Shown here: positions 19,544 to 29,656 of the stretch, piece by piece | Numbering within the stretch: the first letter of the stretch is position 1 | Layout of the letters: every line of letters starts with the position of its first letter | From: Candidatus Bathyarchaeota archaeon | GTDB taxonomy: Archaea > Thermoproteota > Bathyarchaeia > Bathyarchaeales > Bathycorpusculaceae | Reading direction: 5' to 3' | NCBI GenBank assembly: GCA_963782525.1 | Contig: CAWAKC010000004.1 | Location: 96,001 to 160,000, forward strand | Length of the DNA: 64,000 nt | Position numbers and translations under genes: made by a program | Notes under the pieces: model-generated | Databases searched by the model: none | What the model was told of the DNA's origin: nothing | What the model saw: the letters and a program-made list of their open reading frames with translations, nothing else

Positions 19544-20053
19544 CTAATCTTTTTCATTTTTTTCTGAATTAAAAGGCAAGATTGTGATGGTGTTTACAAA
19601 TCCGATTTTTTCGCCGTTTTCATCTCTTATGAATTCTGTAATAACTCCCACTTGGACCTCTTCGCCGTTTTTTCTTATTGCTCGGTATTCACTTTTTTGT
19701 CCTTGGTCTGCCATAATCATGTTTAGTGAGTTATTTACTGCGCGTTGTTTGTCTTTTTTTACGGTGAAGCTGAAGACGTTTTTGCCTATGAACTCGGTTT
19801 TTTCGGTTGTGCCGTACATTTTTAGAATGGATTCGTTTACATCCGTTATGTAGCCATAGAGGTCTCCTACGATGACGCCGTCGCTGGTGTTGTTTAAAGC
19901 GTCTTGGTAGAATTCGGATTCCATGGTGATTTGGGTGCGTTTGGCGTCTTGGTTCTTGAATTTTTCTGCTAACGCATGACTGCTGCTTGCTTGTTTTTTA
20001 GTCATAACCCTACAATTCGCCATCCTACCCGTCGGTAACTCGTTTTGCATCAA
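19544..20053 (-). CDS. Stand-alone PAS domain protein (true start probably downstream)
   Basis: DGVIVGDLYGYITDVN...RKNGE...DENGEKIG. Confidence 0.75.
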   Translation of the reverse strand: MMQNELPTGRMANCRVMTKKQASSSHALAEKFKNQDAKRTQITMESEFYQDALNNTSDGVIVGDLYGYITDVNESILKMYGTTEKTEFIGKNVFSFTVKKDKQRAVNNSLNMIMADQGQKSEYRAIRKNGEEVQVGVITEFIRDENGEKIGFVNTITILPFNSEKNEKD

Positions 20054-20215
20054 GTTTAGTTTTATAGAATAAAAGATTTGTGTACTTCAAATATTTGATA
20101 AATTTTTAGTTGCATTTTGTTGTTTGGGAAAATAAGGTTGATGGCAATTTGAGGTTTGCTAGTTTATTTATACAGCAAACTGCTATGCCATTATGTTAAC
20201 GCTGGAAGTTGTGGT

Positions 20216-20854
20216 ATGCTCAAAGAGAATTCAGGATTTAAGCCGCGGCCAAGAATTCAGACACTCTCAGACTTGATTTTTGGGTTAGCCCTCTCCATAG
20301 GCGCGCTAACATTGATTGGTCAGCAACCTACAAATTTTCAGTCGGTTGTTGCTTCTTTGCTGTTTTACAGTTTTAGCTTTTTGGTTTTAGTCAGCGTTTG
20401 GCGCTCCTACTCCACCATCCTATCAGTTCTTCCAGTCGAAACGGGGCTGTTAGTAAACCTCAACATTTTGCTCCTCTTCACGGTATCAATAGAACCCTAC
20501 TTATTCAACCAACTTTTCATCATTAGCGGCGACTTTTGGAACAATATATCCATCCTTTACGGAGCTGATTTGGCGGTGATGTTTCTAATTTTAGCGTTCT
20601 TCAGTCATTCACTGAGCAAAGAAGAAAAAAACTGGGCGTCAAAAAAGTACATCAAACGGTTCCGTTTGGACCGAAATTACGACCTTTTAACTGCAACAAT
20701 TTTCATAGTTTCTACGTTGCCTGTTTTTGAAGTTAATTCCTTCCAAATAGCTGGATATGGTATTCCGTTGCGTGTAGTAATCTGGATTGGTGCTTTGATT
20801 TTTGGTTTTACAAGGCGCCTTGTTTATCAGCTTCAAAAAGAGACTGATGGCTGA
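20216..20854 (+). CDS. TMEM175-family (DUF1211) K+ channel-like protein
   Basis: RIQTLSDLIFGLAL resembles the RxxxFSD signature; about 6 TM. Confidence 0.7.
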   Translation: MLKENSGFKPRPRIQTLSDLIFGLALSIGALTLIGQQPTNFQSVVASLLFYSFSFLVLVSVWRSYSTILSVLPVETGLLVNLNILLLFTVSIEPYLFNQLFIISGDFWNNISILYGADLAVMFLILAFFSHSLSKEEKNWASKKYIKRFRLDRNYDLLTATIFIVSTLPVFEVNSFQIAGYGIPLRVVIWIGALIFGFTRRLVYQLQKETDG

Positions 20855-20855
20855 T

Positions 20856-21140
20856 CTACTTGGTTTTGATGGTGTAATCTGCTTCGAAGCTTCGCAGCGA
20901 AACCTCGTGGGTTTTGCCTGTCTTCAACTCGAATTTGCCGTTTAACATTTTAAACTGGTCAGCGACCCCCTCGACATATTCAAAGACTCCGCAGCCATAA
21001 CAGAATCCAACGGTAAACTGTACAACAAGTAATGTGGCAGCGAGGGTTACAAGTTTGGCTGTTGCGTTGGGGCTGTGAGTGCGGTTGTAGAGCGCAATTG
21101 TCCTCTGAACAAGTGTTTCCAAATCTGAATCGGGCAGCAT
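20856..21140 (-). CDS. Hypothetical protein with CxxC, coupled to pyrK
   Basis: GFCYGCG; start overlaps the pyrK stop. Confidence 0.6.
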   Translation of the reverse strand: MLPDSDLETLVQRTIALYNRTHSPNATAKLVTLAATLLVVQFTVGFCYGCGVFEYVEGVADQFKMLNGKFELKTGKTHEVSLRSFEADYTIKTK

Positions 21141-21958
21141 TAGATCGGTATCAGCGACCCATCAAAGCCTAACTTGGATATTCCCAGCTCTTCTTGGACT
21201 TCCCGTAGTTGTGCAGCGTTGAAGACTGGTCCATCTCGGCAGACACGGTACTTGCCTATCATGCAGCTTCCGCACAAGCCGATACCGCAGCGCATGAGCC
21301 TTTCAAGGCTAGCTTCGATGGGCAGTTTGCGTTTCTCTGTCATTTCAAAGATTTTTTTAACCATAACTTCGGGTCCACAGGTGTAAATCATGTCAAAGCG
21401 TTCTTTGTCAAGTAGCTCCCCAAGTGGCTGCGTAACTAGACACTGTAGTCCTGCGGTGCCGTCTTCAGTGGTGGTTATAAGGCTTTTCTCTTGGCAGACT
21501 CCGCGAAGCTCCCGTACGAAGAGGAGTTCTTCCTTGGTTTTTGCGCCTTCTACAAATGAGAGTCGCTCCGTTTTAGTTGAGAGCTGTTTTGCAAGGAAAA
21601 GTAGTGGTGCAGTGCCTGTTCCACCGCCGACCAAAAGCACTCTACCCCGGCTCTCTGTGAAGCAGTTACCGAAAGGGCCTCGCACTCCAACAGTTGCGCC
21701 TGCTTCTAAATTATGCAGGTGCCGTGTGGCATCGCCGACAGCTTTAACCGAAACAGAAACCAAATTGTCGCCTGCGTCCAAGATGCTGAGCGGGATCTCG
21801 TCTATGCCTGGAATCCAAAGCATCAAGAACTGCCCAGGCTTTGCTTTGCTGCAGAGGCGGTCGGTAAACGTGAGAGTCTTCACTGTTGGACTCTCAGTTT
21901 GAACCCGAACAATCTGTGTTGTCCGCAGAGAATTATTTGCGGTGAGCGAGACCGACAA
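21140..21958 (-). CDS. pyrK: Dihydroorotate dehydrogenase electron transfer subunit
   Basis: PGQF, RGPFG, GGGTG, CGP, MRCGIGLCGSC, CRDGPVF. Confidence 0.92.
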   Translation of the reverse strand: MSVSLTANNSLRTTQIVRVQTESPTVKTLTFTDRLCSKAKPGQFLMLWIPGIDEIPLSILDAGDNLVSVSVKAVGDATRHLHNLEAGATVGVRGPFGNCFTESRGRVLLVGGGTGTAPLLFLAKQLSTKTERLSFVEGAKTKEELLFVRELRGVCQEKSLITTTEDGTAGLQCLVTQPLGELLDKERFDMIYTCGPEVMVKKIFEMTEKRKLPIEASLERLMRCGIGLCGSCMIGKYRVCRDGPVFNAAQLREVQEELGISKLGFDGSLIPI

Positions 21959-22850
21959 TGTCTTTTACACTCCCATAATTTTTCTTTCGCAAGTACGTTT
22001 CTACTCCTTTAGTTACTGCTTGAAAAACATCCGTGTTATCGGCTACAGCCGTGCCAATTTGCACAGCCGATGCGCCTGCTAACAAAAACTCTACGGCATC
22101 CCGCCAATCGGAAACGCCGCCGCAGCCAATGATTGGTACCTCAAACTGTTCAGCGATGTCATAGACACACCGCAACGCAACAGGTTTAACGGCTGCACCA
22201 GACAACCCACCTCGTACATTGCTTAAAATCGGCTGCATGGTTTCAGCGTCGATTGCCATGGCTTTAAGAGTGTTCACCGCCGTCAATGCGTCTGCTCCTG
22301 CCTCAACCGCCGCTTGAGCGAGCACGGTTATGTCTGCAACGTTGGGCGAGAGCTTCACAATCAACGGCTTATTGATGGATGCCTTGACCAGTTGCACGAC
22401 TTCTTTGAGGAACTTGGGGCTTTGACCGATTTCAGCGCCCGTCTGCTTAACATGTGGGCAGGAAACGTTAAGCTCAATTGCATCCGCGCCTGCTTCAGCA
22501 GCTTTTTTGGCAACCCTCGCGTATTCTTCAGCAGAATAACCAAACACGCTAACGATTATTGGAACCCGCAGTAATCTCTTAGAAAACTTTATTTCTTCAG
22601 CGTATATATCGATCCCCGGATTTGGTAAACCCATCGCATTAATCAAACCTGCTTCTGCCTGAACAATCGTGGGATTAGAATAACCCGGTCGGGCTTCGAT
22701 TCCGATTGATTTTGTAACGACCGCGCCAGCGCCGCCCTTAACCACGCGACTGAGGGATTCAGAAGAATAGCCCAAAATTCCCGAAGCAAGAATCGTCGGG
22801 TTCGCCAGTTCTAAACCAGCAAAGCCTATGCTTAACGGATTGCTATCCAA
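21933..22850 (-). CDS. pyrD: Dihydroorotate dehydrogenase (family 1B)
   Basis: NAMGLPNPG, ELNVSCPH, KLSPN, GGLSG. Confidence 0.95.
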   Translation of the reverse strand: MDSNPLSIGFAGLELANPTILASGILGYSSESLSRVVKGGAGAVVTKSIGIEARPGYSNPTIVQAEAGLINAMGLPNPGIDIYAEEIKFSKRLLRVPIIVSVFGYSAEEYARVAKKAAEAGADAIELNVSCPHVKQTGAEIGQSPKFLKEVVQLVKASINKPLIVKLSPNVADITVLAQAAVEAGADALTAVNTLKAMAIDAETMQPILSNVRGGLSGAAVKPVALRCVYDIAEQFEVPIIGCGGVSDWRDAVEFLLAGASAVQIGTAVADNTDVFQAVTKGVETYLRKKNYGSVKDIVGLAHRK

Positions 22851-23033
22851 ATAAATTCACCGTACAATCTAGGTTAATACTTTTAATAAGATAAAGCTTC
22901 TTTTCGTTGGTTTTGCAGCTAAAATTTGGGTGGAATAAAATCTTCTTTATGTCTAAGTGGCTGATCAAAAATAAAAAATACTGATTATTACAGGAAAAAG
23001 AAAAGTGAGGGTTTAACCCGACTTTAAAGCGGT

Positions 23034-23084
23034 TTATTTCTTCTTTTTGGCTTTTTTATCGTCTTTTTTTGGAGCTTTCGCCAC
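23034..23084 (-). CDS. 16-aa Lys-rich micro-protein MAKAPKKDDKKAKKKK
   Basis: GTG start, SD GAGGT about 7 nt upstream, TATA TTTAAATA near 23121-23128, and TTTTCTTTTT terminator near 22995-23004. Confidence 0.55.
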   Translation of the reverse strand: MAKAPKKDDKKAKKKK

Positions 23085-23378
23085 GTTAATAACCTCAAAG
23101 TTACTATTGGCTTCAATTTATATTTAAAATTTGCTAACAGCTATAGCTGCTGCCCCGTCTATTAAAAAGACTTGGAAATAGGCGCTATACTCTAAATAAG
23201 CCTTAAAAACAGCTGAATAAAAAGGGCTTTTTAACATGCCTCTATGGCTGTGCGGTTTAGACATTTATCTGTTAAAGGCAAAGGCTTGTTCTGTATGGGG
23301 CGTTTTTTGCGGAAACTCTTTTATAGCAGTCCGATGTAAAAAATTACACAGCAATGCAAAAAATTCCAGGGTGCTAAC

Positions 23379-24206
23379 ATGTTTAACCCAGTCCAAAGAA
23401 GCCAAAGAACCAAACAAATCGCCCTACTGACAATATTCACAGCACTATACATCGTTCTAAGATTCATCCCCTACAGCATGCTCATAGGCGGAGCAGGCGG
23501 ATACCTCTCGTTTTCCGACTTCCTCGCACCAATAATAGGTATCCTTTTAGGACCGTACTTCGGTGGCTTGGCCGTACTGCTCGGTAATTTTGGAGCACTT
23601 GGTTTTGGAAGAGCACCCGTATTTGGAGCAATACCGTTCTTAGATTTCCTACCTGACTTTGTCGCCGCTGTTTCAGTGGGCTTCCTTGTGCAACGAAAAT
23701 GGTGGCCAGTAGTTGCATTAAACGCAGGTTTGTTAGCGCTGTTCTTTATTGACCCCTTGACAAGCATATTTGTCACCATACCGGGAACAGCAATCTCAAT
23801 TCCGTTCGCTTGGCTACACATAGCTGCATTCATAGTGTTGCTTTCACCCCTTGGACGATGGTCGGGAAAATGGGTTGCGACAGAAATGAAAGCTAAACTT
23901 GTTACTGCAGGAATGGTGATTTTGGCTTTCATTGGAACGATGATGCAGCATCTTACGGGAAACTTGCTGTTTGAAGTATCATTCGGACAAATAGGTAACC
24001 CACCCATAATTCCAACGGCCGCGTGGCCAGCAGAATGGACTGGTGTACTAATTGCGTACCCAGTTGAGCGAACTATACTGATTGTTTGCGCCGCACTAGT
24101 TGGGGTCCCGCTGATTTGGGCAATCAGGAAAAACCATTTCTTACAAATTGGAAAACAAGAGAAACCTAAAACAACTTCAACACAGCAACCAGCTACTACT
24201 TCTTAA
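23379..24206 (+). CDS. ECF transporter S-component-like membrane protein
   Basis: IALLTIFTAL...GILLGPYFG pattern; multi-TM. Confidence 0.6.
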   Translation: MFNPVQRSQRTKQIALLTIFTALYIVLRFIPYSMLIGGAGGYLSFSDFLAPIIGILLGPYFGGLAVLLGNFGALGFGRAPVFGAIPFLDFLPDFVAAVSVGFLVQRKWWPVVALNAGLLALFFIDPLTSIFVTIPGTAISIPFAWLHIAAFIVLLSPLGRWSGKWVATEMKAKLVTAGMVILAFIGTMMQHLTGNLLFEVSFGQIGNPPIIPTAAWPAEWTGVLIAYPVERTILIVCAALVGVPLIWAIRKNHFLQIGKQEKPKTTSTQQPATTS

Positions 24207-25758
24207 ACAAAGAAGTATCTTGGACATACTCTTTTCCTGTCTGGAGTGCGATTTCTGCTTTAGAAAGTTCACTTCCCAAGTAAGAGGCGTGGTCCAACTG
24301 CGACACCAAACCAGCTTTCACTATTTCTGAGTAAATGCTTTTAGCGGTTTTTCCCTTTATAATATTTACAGGCTTAGTCATGTCAATCGAGGTATAGTGG
24401 ATTGCAACCAAAACGCTTTGGGTGTGGTCTATGGATATTTTGAACATGCCCTCAGAATCCAAAACCACTGTTTCGGTTCCCTCGGATGCATTTGCAACTT
24501 TAACATTGGCTTCGAGTTTTTTGTCGTAGGGTTCTTCATGCACACGTTTGTCTTTTAGGATTAAAAGGTCGATACCAAGGTCTTTTGGAACTGAACCGCG
24601 TTTTTTAGCGAGAAACATCATTTTGGCGGCTGTAACTTCTTCGGCGACGGTCCCTTTTGCTTTGGCGCTTTTCTCTGTTGCTAATAGTATGCTGGCATCA
24701 ACTTCGGACGATATTCTGGCAAGAATGGCGTTGAGTCCTACGGAGTCTGCGTCGAAAAGTTCAGTAACGTTTGAAACCCCAACAAAAAGCGGAACAGCTG
24801 GGTTTCTGGCTGCGAATTCTTTGAATGCGATGAAGGCTTCTAAAATGTCGGAAGGCTCCAAAATTAAATCTGCTATACATCGTTTTAGGCCTAGTTTGTT
24901 TGCTTTTTGGATTATTTCTTCGAGGTATTTGACGCGTTCTTGGGCTTTTTTGGGGAAGTAGCCTTGGCGCTGATTAGTTGGGATAACAACAACCGTTGCT
25001 TTGGAGACGAAGGGGGCTATTTCTTCGATGTTTCCAGCATCGACGCTGAGTATAAGTTCTGCTCCTGCCTCAACCGCCGCTTTGATTTCGGCTGGATCGA
25101 GCGTATCTATGCTCACTGGAACATCGACAACCTGCTTAACCCATTCGACGATGCGTTTGGCTTTTTCGGGTTGGGATTCGCCTGCGATCATGCCGACATC
25201 GATTATGTCTGCGCCTGCCATGACGAAGTGTTTTGCGGTCTGCTGAACTGTTTCCTTGTCCATTAAGGCAGCGTCGACGATTTCGGCGAGGACTCGCATG
25301 GGAAAGTCTTTGCCAACCGCCAAGTTCCCAACCAGCATACTTCCTGGTTTCTTTAGCAACTCTTCACGGTTAGCTTCAGTCTTCTCTATTTCCTGCTTAG
25401 CTTTTTGGGCAAGTTTTTCGCGGAGCAAATCGTCGGCTGAAATGATTGTGGAAAGTTGGATTTCGCAGAGTGAATCCAGAACTGTCGGCAAATCTGCGGC
25501 GTACCTTGGACCCTTAAACGTTGGAAAGCCAGTAGCTTTCGAGATTACGGTGGTGTCTCCTCTGACTAGCCCGGGAACTAAAATCATTTTAAAATTCGGC
25601 AGTTTCTTGGCTTTGAGTTCATTGGCGATGGTTTGAGGCGTGAGCAATGCGGCAACTGCCATCTTAAGCGCCAACGTTTCAGTTTCCACATAGCTTTCCT
25701 TGGCATACCGCTTAACTGTCTCTTCGGCAAGCGCGCCTGTAATCAGCAATACTTTCAC
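24196..25758 (-). CDS. Dihydropteroate synthase-like protein (MJ0107 type)
   Basis: GADIIDVG, VSIDT, NVTELFDADS, C-terminal HASYLGSELSKAE; next to RFAP synthase. Confidence 0.85.
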   Translation of the reverse strand: MKVLLITGALAEETVKRYAKESYVETETLALKMAVAALLTPQTIANELKAKKLPNFKMILVPGLVRGDTTVISKATGFPTFKGPRYAADLPTVLDSLCEIQLSTIISADDLLREKLAQKAKQEIEKTEANREELLKKPGSMLVGNLAVGKDFPMRVLAEIVDAALMDKETVQQTAKHFVMAGADIIDVGMIAGESQPEKAKRIVEWVKQVVDVPVSIDTLDPAEIKAAVEAGAELILSVDAGNIEEIAPFVSKATVVVIPTNQRQGYFPKKAQERVKYLEEIIQKANKLGLKRCIADLILEPSDILEAFIAFKEFAARNPAVPLFVGVSNVTELFDADSVGLNAILARISSEVDASILLATEKSAKAKGTVAEEVTAAKMMFLAKKRGSVPKDLGIDLLILKDKRVHEEPYDKKLEANVKVANASEGTETVVLDSEGMFKISIDHTQSVLVAIHYTSIDMTKPVNIIKGKTAKSIYSEIVKAGLVSQLDHASYLGSELSKAEIALQTGKEYVQDTSLFKK

Positions 25759-26732
25759 TGTTTTGCCCCATCGATTAGTTTTATGGTTGCTCCATGGTTG
25801 TTTGGTTTAGCGATGAAGGCTTCTCCGTTGACGCCTTTGCGTAGGTAGTCTTTCACTTTTTTGAGCACTTGTTTGGCAGTTTCCTGTTTTATTACGCCAT
25901 AGAGTGCTGGACCCCACGAACTCTGTCCAACCCCGTAAGCGCCAGCTTTCTTCATGAATTGGATGCACTCTGCGGCGGCTGGGCTGGCGTAGGTTCCGCC
26001 CTGAGCCTGCGCAAAATGATTACCCGTTAGGACTTGGATTCTTGTTACTGCATCCCCAAAGTTTTCGATGTCGTGTTCAGCCAGGGCTGGCAGGAGTTTT
26101 AGCATGATTAAGCGGCAGATTTGCCCCACGTCTTCCGCTGGCATTTTGGTCAGTTTTTCGAAGGCATGGTTTTCCTCTGAGTTTGATAAGCCTTCTTTTA
26201 GGTTTGGCACTGCTACGATGAAGCGCCACTTCGTTGGGAAGGGTTGGCGGTAGATGAGGGGCGGGAAAGTTTGTGTTGTGAGGTTTTTGCCTCCATCAAC
26301 CACGAATCCGCCAAATTCAAAGATGGATGTGCCGACGGTTGTTCTTCTTGCTCGTCCCATCGAGACCGCTAATTCTGGGATAGAGGCTTTCACGTTAAAC
26401 AGTTTCGCGAGTGCAAACGCAACGGCTATGGAGAACTGGGTGCCTGAACCTAACCCAATGTGAGATGGAATCGCCTCGGCAACATGGATGTGTACTTTGG
26501 ATTGGATTTTGTAGTTGGAAAGGAACCGTTTTGCCAGGATGGTTGCTAACTCGGTTTCTTTACCTGTAACCGAAAATTTCTCGCCGTTTTCCGCTTCAAC
26601 GATGAAATTCGGATGATCTATGCCTACGCCTAAGCCGCCGAACATTCGTCCCAAGTCCCCGTTCATGTCTATGAGTCCGAGGTGGAGTCGGGCAGGAGTC
26701 TTAACTTGTACCTTCACTGTTTGTTCCTCCAT
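25755..26732 (-). CDS. mptG: Beta-ribofuranosylaminobenzene 5'-phosphate synthase (GHMP family)
   Basis: TPARLHLGLID, HIGLGSGTQ, GGFVVDGG, GQSSWGP. Confidence 0.88.
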   Translation of the reverse strand: MEEQTVKVQVKTPARLHLGLIDMNGDLGRMFGGLGVGIDHPNFIVEAENGEKFSVTGKETELATILAKRFLSNYKIQSKVHIHVAEAIPSHIGLGSGTQFSIAVAFALAKLFNVKASIPELAVSMGRARRTTVGTSIFEFGGFVVDGGKNLTTQTFPPLIYRQPFPTKWRFIVAVPNLKEGLSNSEENHAFEKLTKMPAEDVGQICRLIMLKLLPALAEHDIENFGDAVTRIQVLTGNHFAQAQGGTYASPAAAECIQFMKKAGAYGVGQSSWGPALYGVIKQETAKQVLKKVKDYLRKGVNGEAFIAKPNNHGATIKLIDGAKQ

Positions 26733-27364
26733 GAATCGATTCTTTGCATCAAATCAGTCATAATTGCGGAGTACACTGAGTTTGGAGCTACGCGGTTTAT
26801 TATGTCACGGGAATTTTCAATTGTAGCTAAAAGTTTGCGAATATTTTTTTGCTGTTTCTCGTCGTTAACGAATGCCTTCACGCGGGTTGCATGTATGATT
26901 GCTTCGAGGGTTAACGCTTTGGCGCGGCAATAAACTTGTGGGCACATAGTAGATGCCTTTATTTGTTCAACTTTGAAAGTGAACTTGGTCTTGTCTGCCC
27001 CAAAAGGCTTCATGTCAGCTACTGAAACGTCGATAGTTGCATCGGCCATCCGCAGTTTAGGAGCGTTTACCACTTCTGCTTTTTCGAACCATTCCTGCAT
27101 CAACTTTCCATTGGGGTTTGCTTCTTTGAATGTTGCTTTATAGAAAACTTCTATGTCGCCCGTTAAGTTGACAACTGCGCATCCGCTTGCGTTTAGGTTT
27201 CGGCTGGTTTGTGAGGAATTGTAAATATTGAGGCTGAGGGTTTGTGGATTCTGCAAGGTGGCACCCATGGGTGCAGCGTTGGGTGTTCCATCCATGTTGT
27301 AGGTTGAAAGGATGACCTCAAAAATTGAGCCTTCCAAGAAACCAAAATCGGTTAATTTTGCCAT
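26714..27364 (-). CDS. DUF447 family protein
   Basis: NAAPMG, EAIIHATR; typical neighbour of methanopterin genes. Confidence 0.8.
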   Translation of the reverse strand: MAKLTDFGFLEGSIFEVILSTYNMDGTPNAAPMGATLQNPQTLSLNIYNSSQTSRNLNASGCAVVNLTGDIEVFYKATFKEANPNGKLMQEWFEKAEVVNAPKLRMADATIDVSVADMKPFGADKTKFTFKVEQIKASTMCPQVYCRAKALTLEAIIHATRVKAFVNDEKQQKNIRKLLATIENSRDIINRVAPNSVYSAIMTDLMQRIDSWRNKQ

Positions 27365-27597
27365 TCAAACCCGCCTCAGTATGTTAGAAGGTCATATGCA
27401 CCTTTTTTCAACCCAATGTAAATTTTCACAGTCGAATAATAAAGTTTTGCCGAGCAAACACTTATCCCAAATTAGTTACTCCCCACGTTAAGAACTGTGT
27501 AAAGTTTTTAAAGCATAAAACGACTATTCAACTAGAAACAAAAATTTTGCAGGGCTCTCTTGGTTGAGAACCCAGTTTTCGGTGGTAAAAAATAAAC

Positions 27598-28971
27598 ATG
27601 CCCGTAAAGGTAGCTTTAGTCTATCCATATTTTCATCCGGCCAACGATAATTCAATTTTTCGTTTTCCACCATTAGGTCTAGGCTACATCGCCGCAGCAC
27701 TGAAAAAACACGGAGCGGAAGTGGAGCTGGTTGACTGCACGTTTATGAAGTTTAGCGAAGCCGCCTCGAGAGTAAAGCTTGCAAAACCTCAGATTGTTGG
27801 GTTCTACTCGATGTTTTCTATGAAAAAAACCACCTTAGAACTTGCTCAGACCCTGAGAAATGAAGGGTTGAAAAATTCTTTGTTTGTGGTGGGTGGTCCG
27901 TTGCCTTCTTGGGCGCCTGAGGGGTTTCTGGATGTTTTCGATGTAGTTGCGGTGGGCGAGGGCGAACAAACAATGACGGATTTGGTGGATTGCGTTGATC
28001 AAGGAAACACGTTTTCGAACGTGAAGGGGCTTGTCTTCAAAAATGGCAGCCACATTATCAAAACTGGACCCCGAGAATTCATCCAAAAACTGGACAGTTT
28101 AGCTTTTCCAACCCGGGACCTATTCAACAATGAAGCATACAAAAAATATTACCTCGACCACTTTGGCTACTCAATCACATCCATGATAACGTCGAGAGGT
28201 TGCCCGTTTTCCTGCGATTTTTGTAGTCGACCCATTTTCGGCGGCGACATGCGAGCGCGTTCAGTAGGCAACATAGTTGATGAAGTGGAGGAAATTGCAG
28301 CTTTGGGTTATGACCGTGTTTGGTTCGCGGATGACTGTTTCACGCTGAACCGCAACCATTTGCTTGATGTCTGCAACGAAATCGTGCGTCGCGGCCTCGA
28401 CGTTGGCTGGGAATGTCTCTCGCGTGTGGATACTATGGATGCTGAAGTTGCAGAGAGCATGAAACGTGCAGGTTGCATAGGAGTTTTCTTTGGGATTGAA
28501 TCGGGCAACGACTCAGTTCTGGGCATGATGAAGAAGAGAATCACAACAGCGCAGGCGAAACGGGCGGTTCATGTAGCTAAAGCTGCCGGATTAAAAGTTG
28601 GTGCCTTCTTCATCGTTGGGTATCCAGGTGAGAGCAACAAAACAGTGCTCGATACCGTGCGTTTTGCTTCGGGTCTCCCGCTTGATTATTTGTCTTTCAC
28701 GATGCCTTATCCAATTCCTGGAACCCCGCTCTATGAGAGAGTTAAGGACCATGGGGTTTCGATTGAGGATTGGGAGGAACCCAAAAACTACCGCTTAATT
28801 CGTCACAAACTCCTCTACGCTTCGGGTTTTAGTGAGGGTAAACTTAAGTTTGCGATTGTTAAGGGGCAGGCGCAGTTTTATGGTCGGAAGTACCTTGGGA
28901 AAACGGGGTATACTCTATTGGGTAAGTCGTTTGAGCGTTTGACGGATTATGCGTTTGAACGCATGCGGTAA
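27598..28971 (+). CDS. Cobalamin-binding radical SAM protein
   Basis: PPLGLGYIAA, VGGP, SRGCPFSCDFC, GIESG, PIPGT. Confidence 0.9.
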   Translation: MPVKVALVYPYFHPANDNSIFRFPPLGLGYIAAALKKHGAEVELVDCTFMKFSEAASRVKLAKPQIVGFYSMFSMKKTTLELAQTLRNEGLKNSLFVVGGPLPSWAPEGFLDVFDVVAVGEGEQTMTDLVDCVDQGNTFSNVKGLVFKNGSHIIKTGPREFIQKLDSLAFPTRDLFNNEAYKKYYLDHFGYSITSMITSRGCPFSCDFCSRPIFGGDMRARSVGNIVDEVEEIAALGYDRVWFADDCFTLNRNHLLDVCNEIVRRGLDVGWECLSRVDTMDAEVAESMKRAGCIGVFFGIESGNDSVLGMMKKRITTAQAKRAVHVAKAAGLKVGAFFIVGYPGESNKTVLDTVRFASGLPLDYLSFTMPYPIPGTPLYERVKDHGVSIEDWEEPKNYRLIRHKLLYASGFSEGKLKFAIVKGQAQFYGRKYLGKTGYTLLGKSFERLTDYAFERMR

Positions 28972-29059
28972 GCCGCAGACTCGGTGGAAGGTTTTTTTAA
29001 GCATCTTTGACCATTTCAGAAGCAACAACAACCTTAAAGCAAACCTGCAAAGTGCACCC

Positions 29060-29572
29060 ATGCAAAAATTATCCCTAATCCCAGCGTTTATCAGTTCATT
29101 GCGAATTTCAACGCTCCCCCTATTCCTCTACCTCTACAATATACAAAACGTAGTCGTATGTTTGGGTTTGCTTGCTTTTTGTGCCGCCTCAGACTATTTT
29201 GACGGTTATTTCGCACGAAGATTAAATGCAACTTCAAGGTTCGGCGCTTACTACGATGCCACAACAGATTTCATTCTAATGTTTGGGATTTTCACATTTT
29301 TCTATACCCTTGGGTTTTATCCGATTTGGCTGTTGCTAATTATTGCTGCTGCCTTCATTCAATTTTTAGTTACCAGTTACTATGCTAAAAAACTCTACGA
29401 CCCCGTGGGCAGGTACATTGGAAGTGCGCTATATATAGGCGTAGTTCTAACTCTGCTCTGGCCAACTGGAGCGGTCTTCGCGTTTGTGCAATATGCTTTT
29501 GTAGGATTCTTTTTGGTTTCGATTGCAAGTCGCATAATAAGCCTAACAAGAAAACGCACCTACCAACCCTAA
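29060..29572 (+). CDS. CDP-alcohol phosphatidyltransferase
   Basis: DYFDGYFAR...GAYYDATTD signature; ATG 29060 preferred. Confidence 0.88.
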   Translation: MQKLSLIPAFISSLRISTLPLFLYLYNIQNVVVCLGLLAFCAASDYFDGYFARRLNATSRFGAYYDATTDFILMFGIFTFFYTLGFYPIWLLLIIAAAFIQFLVTSYYAKKLYDPVGRYIGSALYIGVVLTLLWPTGAVFAFVQYAFVGFFLVSIASRIISLTRKRTYQP

Positions 29573-29656
29573 ACTAATATAGCGTTTCTCCCTTAATCCT
29601 CCTTAAATTCGGTGCATTTATCTTTGCTTAAACAATCCTGCCATAACCAAACATGT

